A DNA stretch of 64,000 nucleotides from Eledone cirrhosa (lineage: Eukaryota). How positions within the stretch are numbered: the first letter of the stretch is position 1; the number at the start of each line of letters is the position of its first letter. The stretch is from assembly GCA_964016885.1 (NCBI GenBank), contig OZ024743.1, positions 136,896,001 to 136,960,000 of the forward strand, in the 5' to 3' direction. The position numbers were made by a program, and so were the translations under genes. This document shows positions 11,901 to 23,904 of this stretch, in pieces. Below the pieces are notes generated by a model that worked only from the letters and a program-made list of their open reading frames with translations, did no database searches and was not told where the DNA came from.

Positions 11901-14900
11901 TGCTTGGTGCTTGGAGTTTGGTGTTTGGTGCTTGGTGCTTGGTGTTTCGTGTTTCGTGTTTGGTGCTTGGTGCTTGGTGCTTGGTCCTTGGTGTTTGGTG
12001 CTGGGTGCATTGTGTTTGGTGCTTGGTGCTTGGTGCTTGGTGCTTGGTGTTTGGTGTTTGCTGCTTGGTGTTTGATGCTTGGTGCTTGGTGCTTGGTGTT
12101 TTGTGTTTGGTGCTTGGTGGTTGGTGCTTGGTGTTTGGTGCTTGGTGCTTGGTGCTTGGTGTTTTGTGTTTGGTGCTTGGTGCTTGGTGTTTGGTGCTTG
12201 GTGCTGGCTGGTTGGTGTTTGGTGCTTGGTGTTTGGTGCTGGGTGCTTGGTGTTTGGTGCTGGGTGCTTGGTGTTTGGTGCTTGGTGCTTGGTGTTTGGT
12301 GCTTGGTGCTGGGTGGTTGGTGTTTGGTGCTTGGTGTTTGGTGCTGGGTGCTTGGTGTTTGGTGCTGGGTGCTTGGTGTTTGGTGCTTGGTGCTTGGTCT
12401 TTGGTGCTTGGTGTTTGGTGCTTGGTGCTTGGTGCTTGGTGTTTGGTGCTTGGTGCTTGGTGTTTGGTGCTTGGTGCTTGGTGTTTGGTTTTTGGTGCTT
12501 GGTGCTTGGTGTTTGGTGTTTGGTGCTTGCTGCTGGCTGCTTGGTGTTTGATGCATGGTGATTGGTGCTTGGTGTTTGGGGCTTTTTGCTTGGTGCTTGG
12601 TGCTTGGTGTTTGGTGCTGGGTGCTTGGTGCTTGGTGTTTGGTGTTATATGCTTGGTGTTTGATGCTTGGTGCTTGGTGCTTGGTGTTTGGTGTTTGGTG
12701 CTTGGTGTTTGATGCTTGGTGCTTGGTGCTTGGTGTTTGGTGCTTGGTGCTTGGTGTTTGGTGCTTGGTGCTTGGTGTTTGGTGCTTGGTGTTTGGTGCT
12801 TGGTGCTTGGTATTTGGTGGTTGGTGCTTGGTGCTTGATGTTAGGTGTTTGGTGCTTGGTGCTTGGTGTCTGGTTTTTGGTGCTTGGTGCTTGGTGTTTG
12901 GTGCTTGTTGCTGGCTGCTTGGTGTTTGGTGCTTGGTGATTGGTGCTTGGTGTTTGGTGCTTGGTGTTTGGTGTTTGGTGCTTGGTGTTTGTACTTGGTG
13001 TTTGGTGCTTGGTGTTTGGTGCTAGGTGCTTGGTGTTTGGTGCTTGGTGCTTGGTGTTTGGTGCCTGGTGCTTGGTGTTTGGTGTTTGGTGTTTGGTGCT
13101 TGGTGCTTGGTGTTTGGTGTTTGCTGTTTGCTGTTTGGTGTTTGTTGTTTGGTGTTTGATGTTTGGTGTTTGCTGTTTGGTGTTTGGTGTTTGCTTTTTG
13201 GTGTTTGGTGTTTGATGTATGTTGTTTGCTGTTTGGTGTTTGGTGTTTGGTGTTTGGTGCTTGGTGCTTGGTGTTTGGTGCTTGGTGCTTGGTGTTTGGT
13301 GCCTGGTGCTTGGTGTTTGGTGTTTGTTGCTTGGTGCTTGGAGTTTGGTGTTTGGTGCTTGGTGCTTGGTGTTTCGTGTTTCGTGTTTGGTGCTTGGTGC
13401 TTGGTGCTTGGTCCTTGGTGTTTGGTGCTGGGTGCATTGTGTTTGGTGCTTGGTGCTTGGTGCTTGGTGCTTGGTGTTTGGTGTTTGCTGCTTGGTGTTT
13501 GATGCTTGGTGCTTGGTGCTTGGTGTTTTGTGTTTGGTGCTTGGTGGTTGGTGCTTGGTGTTTGGTGCTTGGTGCTTGGTGCTTGGTGTTTTGTGTTTGG
13601 TGCTTGGTGCTTGGTGTTTGGTGCTTGGTGCTGGGTGGTTGGTGTTTGGTGCTTGGTGTTTGGTGCTGGGTGCTTGGTGTTTGGTGCTGGGTGCTTGGTG
13701 TTTGGTGCTTGGTGCTTGGTGTTTGGTGCTTGGTGCTGGGTGGTTGGTGTTTGGTGCTTGGTGTTTGGTGCTGGGTGCTTGGTGTTTGGTGCTGGGTGCT
13801 TGGTGTTTGGTGCTTGGTGCTTGGTCTTTGGTGCTTGGTGTTTGGTGCTTGGTGCTTGGTGCTTGGTGTTTGGTGCTTGGTGCTTGGTGTTTGGTGCTTG
13901 GTGCTTGGTGTTTGGTTTTTGGTGCTTGGTGCTTGGTGTTTGGTGTTTGGTGCTTGCTGCTGGCTGCTTGGTGTTTGATGCATGGTGATTGGTGCTTGGT
14001 GTTTGGTGCTTGGTGTTTGGTGTTTGATGCTTGGTGCTTGGTGCTTGGTGTTTGGTGCTTGGTGCTTGGTGTTTGGTGCTTGGTGCTTGGTGTTTGGTGC
14101 TTGGTGTTTGGTGCTTGGTGTTTGGTGCTTGGTGCTTGGTGCTTGGTGCTTGGTGTTTGGTGGTTGGTGCTTGGTGCTTGGTGTTAGTTGTTTGGTGCTT
14201 GGTGCTTGGTGTTTGGTGTTTGGTGCTTGGTGTTTGGTGTTTGGTGCTTGGTGTTTGGTGCTTGGTACTTGGTGCTTGGTGCTTGGTGTTAGGTGTTTGG
14301 TGCTTGGTGCTTGGTGTCTGGTTTTTGGTGCTTGGTGCTTGGTGTTTGGTGTTTGGTGCTTGCTGCTGGCTGCTTGGTGTTTGGTGCTTGGTGATTGGTG
14401 CTTGGTGTTTGGTGCTTGGTGTTTGGTGTTTGGTGCTTGGTGATTGGTGTTTGTACTTGGTGCTTGGTGCTTGGTTCTTGGTGTTTGGTGCTTGGTGCTT
14501 GGTATTTGGTGTTATATGCTTGGTGTTTGATGCTTGGTGCTTGGTGCTTGGTGTTTGGTGTTTGGTGTTTGATGCTTGGTGCTTGGTGTTTGGTGCTTGG
14601 TGCTTGGTGTTTGTACTTGGTGCTTGGTGCTTGGTGCTTGGTGTTTGGTGCTTGGTGCTTGGTGCTTGGTGCTTGGTCCTTGGTGCTTGGTGTTTGGTGG
14701 TTGGTGTTTGGTGCTTGGTGTTAGGTGTTTGGTGCTTGGTGCTTGGTGTTTGGTGTTTGGTGCTTGGTGTTTGGTGTTTGGTGCTTGGTGTTTGGTGCTT
14801 GGTACTTGGTGCTTGGTGCTTGGTGTTAGGTGTTTGGTGCTTGGTGTTTGGTGCTTGGTGTTTGGTGCTTGGTGCTTGGTGCTTGGTGCTTGGTGTTTGG

Positions 14901-17900
14901 TGGTTGGTGTTTGGTGCTTGGTGTTTGGTGCTTGGTGTTAGGTGTTTGGTGCTTGGTGCTTGGTGTTTGGTGTTTGGTGCTTGGTGTTTGGTGTTTGGTG
15001 CTTGGTGTTTGGGGCTTTTTGCTTGGTGCTTGGTGCTTGGTGTTTGGTGCTGGGTGCTTGGTGCTTGGTGTTTGGTGTTATATGCTTGGTGTTTGATGCT
15101 TGGTGCTTGGTGCTTGGTGTTTGGTGTTTGGTGCTTGGTGTTTGATGCTTGGTGCTTGGTGCTTGGTGTTTGGTGCTTGGTGCTTGGTGTTTGGTGCTTG
15201 GTGCTTGGTGTTTGGTGCTTGGTGTTTGGTGCTTGGTGCTTGGTGTTTGGTGGTTGGTGCTTGGTGCTTGATGTTAGGTGTTTGGTGCTTGGTGCTTGGT
15301 GTCTGGTTTTTGGTGCTTGGTGCTTGGTGTTTGGTGCTTGTTGCTGGCTGCTTGGTGTTTGGTGCTTGGTGATTGGTGCTTGGTGTTTGGTGCTTGGTGT
15401 TTGGTGTTTGGTGCTTGGTGTTTGTACTTGGTGTTTGGTGCTTGGTGTTTGGTGCTAGGTGCTTGGTGTTTGGTGCTTGGTGCTTGGTGTTTGGTGCCTG
15501 GTGCTTGGTGTTTGGTGTTTGGTGTTTGGTGCTTGGTGCTTGGTGTTTGGTGTTTGCTGTTTGCTGTTTGGTGTTTGTTGTTTGGTGTTTGTTGTTTGGT
15601 GTTTGCTGTTTGGTGTTTGGTGTTTACTTTTTGGTGTTTGGTGTTTGATGTATGTTGTTTGCTGTTTGGTGTTTGGTGTTTGGTGTTTGGTGCTTGGTGC
15701 TTGGTGTTTGGTGCTTGGTGCTTGGTGTTTGGTGCCTGGTGCTTGGTGTTTGGTGTTTGTTGCTTGGTGCTTGGAGTTTGGTGTTTGGTGCTTGGTGCTT
15801 GGTGTTTCGTGTTTCGTGTTTGGTGCTTGGTGCTTGGTGCTTGGTCCTTGGTGTTTGGTACTGGGTGCATTGTGTTTGGTGCTTGGTGCTTGGTGCTTGG
15901 TGCTTGGTGTTTGGTGTTTGCTGCTTGGTGTTTGATGCTTGTTGCTTGGTGCTTGGTGTTTTGTGTTTGGTGCTTGCTGCTGGCTGCTTGGTGTTTGATG
16001 CATGGTGATTGGTGCTTGGTGTTTGGTGCTTGGTGTTTGGTGTTTGATGCTTGGTGCTTGGTGCTTGGTGTTTGGTGCTTGGTGCTTGGTGTTTGGTGCT
16101 TGGTGCTTGGTGTTTGGTGCTTGGTGTTTGGTGCTTGGTGTTTGGTGCTTGGTGCTTGGTGCTTGGTGCTTGGTGTTTGGTGGTTGGTGCTTGGTGCTTG
16201 GTGTTAGTTGTTTGGTGCTTGGTGCTTGGTGTTTGGTGTTTGGTGCTTGGTGTTTGGTGTTTGGTGCTTGGTGTTTGGTGCTTGGTACTTGGTGCTTGGT
16301 GCTTGGTGTTAGGTGTTTGGTGCTTGGTGCTTGGTGTCTGGTTTTTGGTGCTTGGTGCTTGGTGTTTGGTGTTTGGTGCTTGCTGCTGGCTGCTTGGTGT
16401 TTGGTGCTTGGTGATTGGTGCTTGGTGTTTGGTGCTTGGTGTTTGGTGTTTGGTGCTTGGTGATTGGTGTTTGTACTTGGTGCTTGGTGCTTGGTTCTTG
16501 GTGTTTGGTGCTTGGTGCTTGGTATTTGGTGTTATATGCTTGGTGTTTGATGCTTGGTGCTTGGTGCTTGGTGTTTGGTGTTTGGTGTTTGATGCTTGGT
16601 GCTTGGTGTTTGGTGCTTGGTGCTTGGTGTTTGTACTTGGTGCTTGGTGCTTGGTGCTTGGTGTTTGGTGCTTGGTGCTTGGTGCTTGGTGCTTGGTCCT
16701 TGGTGCTTGGTGTTTGGTGGTTGGTGTTTGGTGCTTGGTGTTAGGTGTTTGGTGCTTGGTGCTTGGTGTTTGGTGTTTGGTGCTTGGTGTTTGGTGTTTG
16801 GTGCTTGGTGTTTGGTGCTTGGTACTTGGTGCTTGGTGCTTGGTGTTAGGTGTTTGGTGCTTGGTGTTTGGTGCTTGGTGTTTGGTGCTTGGTGCTTGGT
16901 GCTTGGTGCTTGGTGTTTGGTGGTTGGTGTTTGGTGCTTGGTGTTTGGTGCTTGGTGTTAGGTGTTTGGTGCTTGGTGCTTGGTGTTTGGTGTTTGGTGC
17001 TTGGTGTTTGGTGTTTGGTGCTTGGTGTTTGGGGCTTTTTGCTTGGTGCTTGGTGCTTGGTGTTTGGTGCTGGGTGCTTGGTGCTTGGTGTTTGGTGTTA
17101 TATGCTTGGTGTTTGATGCTTGGTGCTTGGTGCTTGGTGTTTGGTGTTTGGTGCTTGGTGTTTGATGCTTGGTGCTTGGTGCTTGGTGTTTGGTGCTTGG
17201 TGCTTGGTGTTTGGTGCTTGGTGCTTGGTGTTTGGTGCTTGGTGTTTGGTGCTTGGTGCTTGGTGTTTGGTGGTTGGTGCTTGGTGCTTGATGTTAGGTG
17301 TTTGGTGCTTGGTGCTTGGTGTCTGGTTTTTGGTGCTTGGTGCTTGGTGTTTGGTGCTTGTTGCTGGCTGCTTGGTGTTTGGTGCTTGGTGATTGGTGCT
17401 TGGTGTTTGGTGCTTGGTGTTTGGTGTTTGGTGCTTGGTGTTTGTACTTGGTGTTTGGTGCTTGGTGTTTGGTGCTAGGTGCTTGGTGTTTGGTGCTTGG
17501 TGCTTGGTGTTTGGTGCCTGGTGCTTGGTGTTTGGTGTTTGGTGTTTGGTGCTTGGTGCTTGGTGTTTGGTGTTTGCTGTTTGCTGTTTGGTGTTTGTTG
17601 TTTGGTGTTTGTTGTTTGGTGTTTGCTGTTTGGTGTTTGGTGTTTGCTTTTTGGTGTTTGGTGTTTGATGTATGTTGTTTGCTGTTTGGTGTTTGGTGTT
17701 TGGTGTTTGGTGCTTGGTGCTTGGTGTTTGGTGCTTGGTGCTTGGTGTTTGGTGCCTGGTGCTTGGTGTTTGGTGTTTGTTGCTTGGTGCTTGGAGTTTG
17801 GTGTTTGGTGCTTGGTGCTTGGTGTTTCGTGTTTCGTGTTTGGTGCTTGGTGCTTGGTGCTTGGTCCTTGGTGTTTGGTACTGGGTGCATTGTGTTTGGT

Positions 17901-20900
17901 GCTTGGTGCTTGGTGCTTGGTGCTTGGTGTTTGGTGTTTGCTGCTTGGTGTTTGATGCTTGTTGCTTGGTGCTTGGTGTTTTGTGTTTGGTGCTTGCTGG
18001 TTGGTGCTTGGTGTTTGGTGCTTGGTGCTTGGTGCTTGGTGTTTTGTGTTTGGTGCTTGGTGCTTGGTGTTTGGTGCTTGGTGCTGGGTGGTTCGTGTTT
18101 GGTGCTTGGTGTTTGGTGCTGGGTGCTTGGTGTTTGGTGCTGGGTGCTTGGTGTTTGGTGCTTGGTGCTTGGTCTTTGGTGCTTGGTGTTTGGTGCTTGG
18201 TGCTTGGTGCTTGGTGTTTGGTGCTTGGTGCTTGGTGTTTGGTGCTTGGTGCTTGGTGTTTGGTTTTTGGTGCTTGGTGCTTGGTGTTTGGTGTTTGGTG
18301 CTTGCTGCTGGCTGCTTGGTGTTTGATGCATGGTGATTGGTGCTTGGTGTTTGGTGCTTGGTGTTTGGTGTTTGATGCTTGGTGCTTGGTGCTTGGTGTT
18401 TGGTGCTTGGTGCTTGGTGTTTGGTGCTTGGTGCTTGGTGTTTGGTGCTTGGTGTTTGGTGCTTGGTGTTTGGTGCTTGGTGCTTGGTGCTTGGTGCTTG
18501 GTGTTTGGTGGTTGGTGCTTGGTGCTTGGTGTTAGTTGTTTGGTGCTTGGTGCTTGGTGTTTGGTGTTTGGTGCTTGGTGTTTGGTGTTTGGTGCTTGGT
18601 GTTTGGTGCTTGGTACTTGGTGCTTGGTGCTTGGTGTTAGGTGTTTGGTGCTTGGTGCTTGGTGTCTGGTTTTTGGTGCTTGGTGCTTGGTGTTTGGTGT
18701 TTGGTGCTTGCTGCTGGCTGCTTGGTGTTTGGTGCTTGGTGATTGGTGCTTGGTGTTTGGTGCTTGGTGTTTGGTGTTTGGTGCTTGGTGATTGGTGTTT
18801 GTACTTGGTGCTTGGTGCTTGGTTCTTGGTGTTTGGTGCTTGGTGCTTGGTATTTGGTGTTATATGCTTGGTGTTTGATGCTTGGTGCTTGGTGCTTGGT
18901 GTTTGGTGTTTGGTGTTTGATGCTTGGTGCTTGGTGTTTGGTGCTTGGTGCTTGGTGTTTGTACTTGGTGCTTGGTGCTTGGTGCTTGGTGTTTGGTGCT
19001 TGGTGCTTGGTGCTTGGTGCTTGGTCCTTGGTGCTTGGTGTTTGGTGGTTGGTGTTTGGTGCTTGGTGTTAGGTGTTTGGTGCTTGGTGCTTGGTGTTTG
19101 GTGTTTGGTGCTTGGTGTTTGGTGTTTGGTGCTTGGTGTTTGGTGCTTGGTACTTGGTGCTTGGTGCTTGGTGTTAGGTGTTTGGTGCTTGGTGTTTGGT
19201 GCTTGGTGTTTGGTGCTTGGTGCTTGGTGCTTGGTGCTTGGTGTTTGGTGGTTGGTGTTTGGTGCTTGGTGTTTGGTGCTTGGTGTTAGGTGTTTGGTGC
19301 TTGGTGCTTGGTGTTTGGTGTTTGGTGCTTGGTGTTTGGTGTTTGGTGCTTGGTGTTTGGGGCTTTTTGCTTGGTGCTTGGTGCTTGGTGTTTGGTGCTG
19401 GGTGCTTGGTGCTTGGTGTTTGGTGTTATATGCTTGGTGTTTGATGCTTGGTGCTTGGTGCTTGGTGTTTGGTGTTTGGTGCTTGGTGTTTGATGCTTGG
19501 TGCTTGGTGCTTGGTGTTTGGTGCTTGGTGCTTGGTGTTTGGTGCTTTGTGCTTGGTGTTTGGTGCTTGGTGTTTGGTGCTTGGTGCTTGGTGTTTGGTG
19601 GTTGGTGCTTGGTGCTTGGTGTTAGGTGTTTGGTGCTTGGTGCTTGGTGTCTGGTTTTTGGTGCTTGGTGCTTGGTGTTTGGTGCTTGTTGCTGGCTGCT
19701 TGGTGTTTGGTGCTTGGTGATTGGTGCTTGGTGTTTGGTGCTTGGTGTTTGGTGTTTGGTGCTTGGTGTTTGTACTTGGTGTTTGGTGCTTGGTGTTTGG
19801 TGCTAGGTGCTTGGTGTTTGGTGCTTGGTGCTTGGTGTTTGGTGCCTGGTGCTTGGTGTTTGGTGTTTGGTGTTTGGTGCTTGGTGCTTGGTGTTTGGTG
19901 TTTGCTGTTTGCTGTTTGGTGTTTGTTGTTTGGTGTTTGTTATTTGGTGTTTGCTGTTTGGTGTTTGGTGTTTGCTTTTTGGTGTTTGGTGTTTGATGTA
20001 TGTTGTTTGGTGTTTGGTGTTTGGTGTTTTGTGTTTGGTGCTTGGTGCTTGGTGTTTGGTGCTTGGTGCTTGGTGTTTGGTGCCTGGTGCTTGGTGCTTG
20101 GAGTTTGGTGTTTGGTGCTTGGTGCTTGGTGTTTCGTGTTTCGTGTTTGGTTTTTGGTGCTTGGTGCTTGGTGCTTGGTCCTTGGTGTTTGGTGCTGGGT
20201 GCATTGTGTTTGGTGCTTGGCGCTTGGTGCTTGGTGCTTGGTGTTTGGTGTTTGCTGCTTGGTGTTTGATGCTTGGTGCTTGGTGCTTGGTGTTTTGCGC
20301 TTGGTGCTTGGTGCTTGGTGTTTGGTGCTTGGTGCTTGGTGCTTGGTGTTTGTACTTGGTGCTTGGTGATTGGTGTTTTGTTCTTGGTTCTTGGTGCTTG
20401 GTGTTTGGTGTTTGGTGCTTGGTGCTTGGTGCTTGGAGTTTGGTGTTTGGTGCTTGGTGCTTTGTGTTTTGTGTTTGGTGTTTGGTTTTTGGTGCTTGGT
20501 GCTTGGTCCTTGGTGTTTGGTGCTGGGTGCTTTTGTGTTTGGTGCTTGGTGCTTGGTGTTTGGTGTTTGCTGCTTGGTGTTTGATGCTTGGTGCTTGGTG
20601 CTTGGTGTTTTGTGTTTGGTGCTTGGTTCTTGGTGTTTGGTGCTTGGTGCTTGGTACTTGGTGTTTGTACTTGGTGCTTGGTGCTTGGTATTTCGTTCTT
20701 GGTTCTTGGTGTTAGGTACTTGGTGCTTGGTGCTTGATGTTTGGTGTTTGGTGCTTGGTGTTTGGTGCTTGGTGCTTGGTGCTTGGTGTTAGGTGTTTGG
20801 TGCTTGGTCCTTGGTGTTTGGTGCTTGGTGTTTGGTGTTTGCTGTTTGGTGTTTGGTGTTTCGTGTTTGGTGTTTGCTGTTTGGTGTCTGCTTTTTGGTG

Positions 20901-23900
20901 TTTAGTGTTTGCTGTATGGTGTTTGGTGTTTGCTGTTTGGTGTTTGGTCTTTGGTGCTTGGTGTTTGGTGCTTGGTGCTTGGTGTTTGGTGTTTGGTGCT
21001 TGGTGCTTGGTGTTTGGTGTTTGGTGCTTGGTGTTTGGTGTTTGGTGCTTGGTGTCTGGTGCTTGGTGTTTGGTTTTTGGTGCTTGGTGTTTAGTGTTTG
21101 GTGCTTGGTGTTTGGTGTTTGGTGTTTGGTGCTTGGTGCTTGGTGTTTGGTGTTTGGTGTTTGGTGCTTGGTGTCTGGTGCTTGGTGTTTGGTGTTTGGT
21201 GCTTGGTGTTTGGTGTTTGGTGTTTGGTGCTTGGTGCTTGGTGCTTGGTGTTTGGTGTTTGGTGCTTGGTGCTTGGTGTTTGGTGCTTGGTGCTGGGTGG
21301 TTGGTGTTTGGTGCTTGGTGTTAGGTGCTGGGTGCTTGGTGTTTGGTGCTGGGTGCTTGGTATTTGGTGCTTGGTGCTTGGTCTTTGGTGCTTGGTGTTT
21401 GGTCCTTGGTACTTGGTGTTTGGTGCTTGGTGCTTGGAGTTTGGTGCTTGGTGCTTGGTGTTTGGTTTTTGGTGCTTGGTGCTTGGTGTTTGGTGTTTGG
21501 TGCTTGCTGCTGGCTGCTTGGTGTTTGATGCATGGTGATTGGTGCTTGGTGTTTGGTGCTTGGTGTTTGGTGTTTGATGCTTGGTGCTTGGTGCTTGGTG
21601 TTTGGTGCTTGGTGCTTGGTGCTTGGTGTTTGGTGCTTGGTGTTTGGTGCTTGGTGTTTGGTGCTTGGTGCTTGGTGCTTGGTGCTTGGTGTTTGGTGGT
21701 TGGTGCTTGGTGCTTGGTGTTAGGTGTTTGGTGCTTGGTGCTTGGTGGTTGGTGTTTGGTGCTTGGTGTTTGGTGCTGGGTGCTTGGTTTTTGGTGCTGG
21801 GTGCTTGTGTTTGGTGCTTGGTGCTTGGTCTTTGGTGCTTTGTGTTTGGTGCTTGGTGCTTGGTGCTTGGTGTTTGGTGTTTGGTGCTTGGTGTTTGGTG
21901 CTTGGTGCTTGGTGTTTGGTTTTTGGTGCTTGGTGTTTGGTGTTTGGTGTTTGGTGCTTGCTGCTGGCTGCTTGGTGTTTGATGCATGGTGATTTGTGCT
22001 TGGTGTTTGGTGCTTGGTGTTTGGTGTTTGATGCTTGGTGCTTGGTGTTTGGTGTTTGATGCTTGGTGCTTGGTGCTTGGTGTTTGGTGCTTGGTGTTTG
22101 GTGTTTGGTGCTTGGTCATTGGTGTTTCTACTTGGTGCTTGGTGCTTGGTTCTTGGTGTTTGGTGCTTGGTGCTTGGTGTTTGGTGTTATATGCTTGGTG
22201 TTTGATGCTTGGTGCTTGGTGCTTGGTGTTTGGTGTTTGGTGTTTGATGCTTGGTGCTTGGTGTTTGGTGCTTGGTACTTGGTGTTTGTACTTGGTGCTT
22301 GGTGCTTGGTGCTTGGTGTTTGGTGCTTGGTATTTGGTGCTTGGTGCTTGGTGCTTGGTCCTTGGTACTTGGTGTTTGGTGGTTGGTGTTTGGTGGTTGG
22401 TGTTAGGTGTTTGGTGCTTGGTGCTTGGTGTTTGGTGTTTGGTGCTTGGTGTTTGGTGTTTGGTGCTTGGTGTTTGGTGCTTGGTACTTGGTGCTTGGTG
22501 CTTGGTGTTAGGTGTTTGGTGCTTGGTGTTTGGTGCTTGGTGTTTGGTGCTTGGTGCTTGGTGCTTGGTGCTTGGTGTTTGGTGGTTGGTGTTTGGTGCT
22601 TGGTGTTTGGTGCTTGGTGTTATGTGTTTGGTGCTTGGTGCTTGGTGTTTGGTGTTTGGTGCTTGGTGTTTGGTGTTTGGTGCTTGGTGTTTGGTGCTTT
22701 TTTCTTGGTGCTTGGTGCTTGGTGTTTGGTGCTGGGTGCTTGGTGCTTGGTGTTTGGTGTTATATGCTTGGTGTTTGATGCTTGGTGCTTGGTGCTTGGT
22801 GTTTGGTGTTTGGTGCTTGGTGTTTGATGCTTGGTGCTTGGTGCTTGGTGTTTGGTGCTTGGTGCTTGGTGCTTGGTGTTTGGTGCTTGGTGTTTGGTGC
22901 TTGGTGCTTGGTGCTTGGTGCTTGGTGTTTGGTGTTTGGTGCTTGGTGTTTGGTGCTTGGTACTTGGTGCTTGGTGCTTGGTGTTAGGTGTTTGGTGCTT
23001 GGTGCTTGGTGTCTGGTTTTTGGTGCTTGGTGCTTGGTGTTTGGTGCTTGCTGCTGGCTGCTTGGTGTTTGGTGCTTGGTGATTGGTGCTTGGTGTTTGG
23101 TGTTTGGTGCTAGGTGCTTGGTGTTTGGTGCTTGGTGCTTGGTGTTTGTACTTGGTAATTGGTGCTTGGTTCTTGGTGTTTGGTGCTTCGTGCTTGGTGT
23201 TTGGTGCTTGGTGCTTGGTGTTTGGTGCTTGGTGTTTGGTGCTTGGTGTTTGGTGCTTGGTGCTTGGTGCTTGGTGTTTGGTGCTTGGTGTTTGGTGCTT
23301 GGTGTTAGGTGTTTGGTGCTTGGTGCTTGGTGTTTGGTGCTTGGTGTTTGGTGCTTGGTGCTTGGTGTTTGTACTTGGTGCTTGGTGCTTGGTTCTTGGT
23401 GTTTGGTGCTTGGTGTTTGGTGTTTGGTGCTTGGTGTTTGGTGCTTGGTGCTTGGTGTTTGGTGCTTGGTGTTTGGTGCTTGGTGTTTGGTGTTTGGTGT
23501 TATATGCTTGGTGTTTGATGCTTGGTGCTTGGTGCTTGGTGTTTGGCGCTTGGTGTTTGATGCTTGGTGCTTGGTGCTTGGTGTTTGGTGCTTGGTGCTT
23601 GGTGTTTGTACTTGGTGCTTGGTGCTTGGTTCTTGGTGTTTGGTGCTTGGTGTTTGGTGTTTGGTGCTTGGTGTTTGGTGTTATATGCTTGGTGTTTGAT
23701 GCTTGGTGCTTGGTGCTTGGTGTTTGGTGTTTGGTGTTTGATGCTTGGTGCTTGGTGCTTGGTGTTTGGTGCTTGGTGCTTGGTGTTTGTACTTGGTGCT
23801 TGGTGCTTGGTTCTTGGTGCTTAGTGCTTGGTGTTTGGTGCTTGGTGTTAGATGTTTGGTGCTTGGTGCTTGGTGTTTGGTGTTAGGTGTTTGGTGCTTG

Positions 23901-23904
23901 GTGT
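8898..23904. repeat. Higher-order super-unit B (15,007 bp)
   Basis: Landmark lies at 8991, 9864, 11151, 12578, 15011, 17031, 19359 and 23998 (spacings 873, 1287, 1427, 2433, 2020, 2328, 4639; sum 15007). Identical ORF translations recur at +15007 (10127 vs 25134; 12841 vs 27848; 15274 vs 30281). Confidence 0.93.
11151..14004. repeat. 1,427-bp internal tandem duplication in unit B (also in unit C at ~26158-29011; single copy in unit A)
   Basis: Near-identical ORFs 11414..12556 and 12841..13983, and 26421..27563 and 27848..28990. The novel junction ATGGTGA-TTGGTGC-TTGGTGT-TTGGGGC occurs at ~12555-12582 and ~27562-27589. Confidence 0.9.

Noticed and set aside
22112-22118. TTGGTCA, resembling cyanobacterial STRR-type heptamer repeats
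   Set aside because: It is only a rare variant here. Bacterial heptamer tracts are short and lie among genes, unlike a gene-free array of at least 64 kb.
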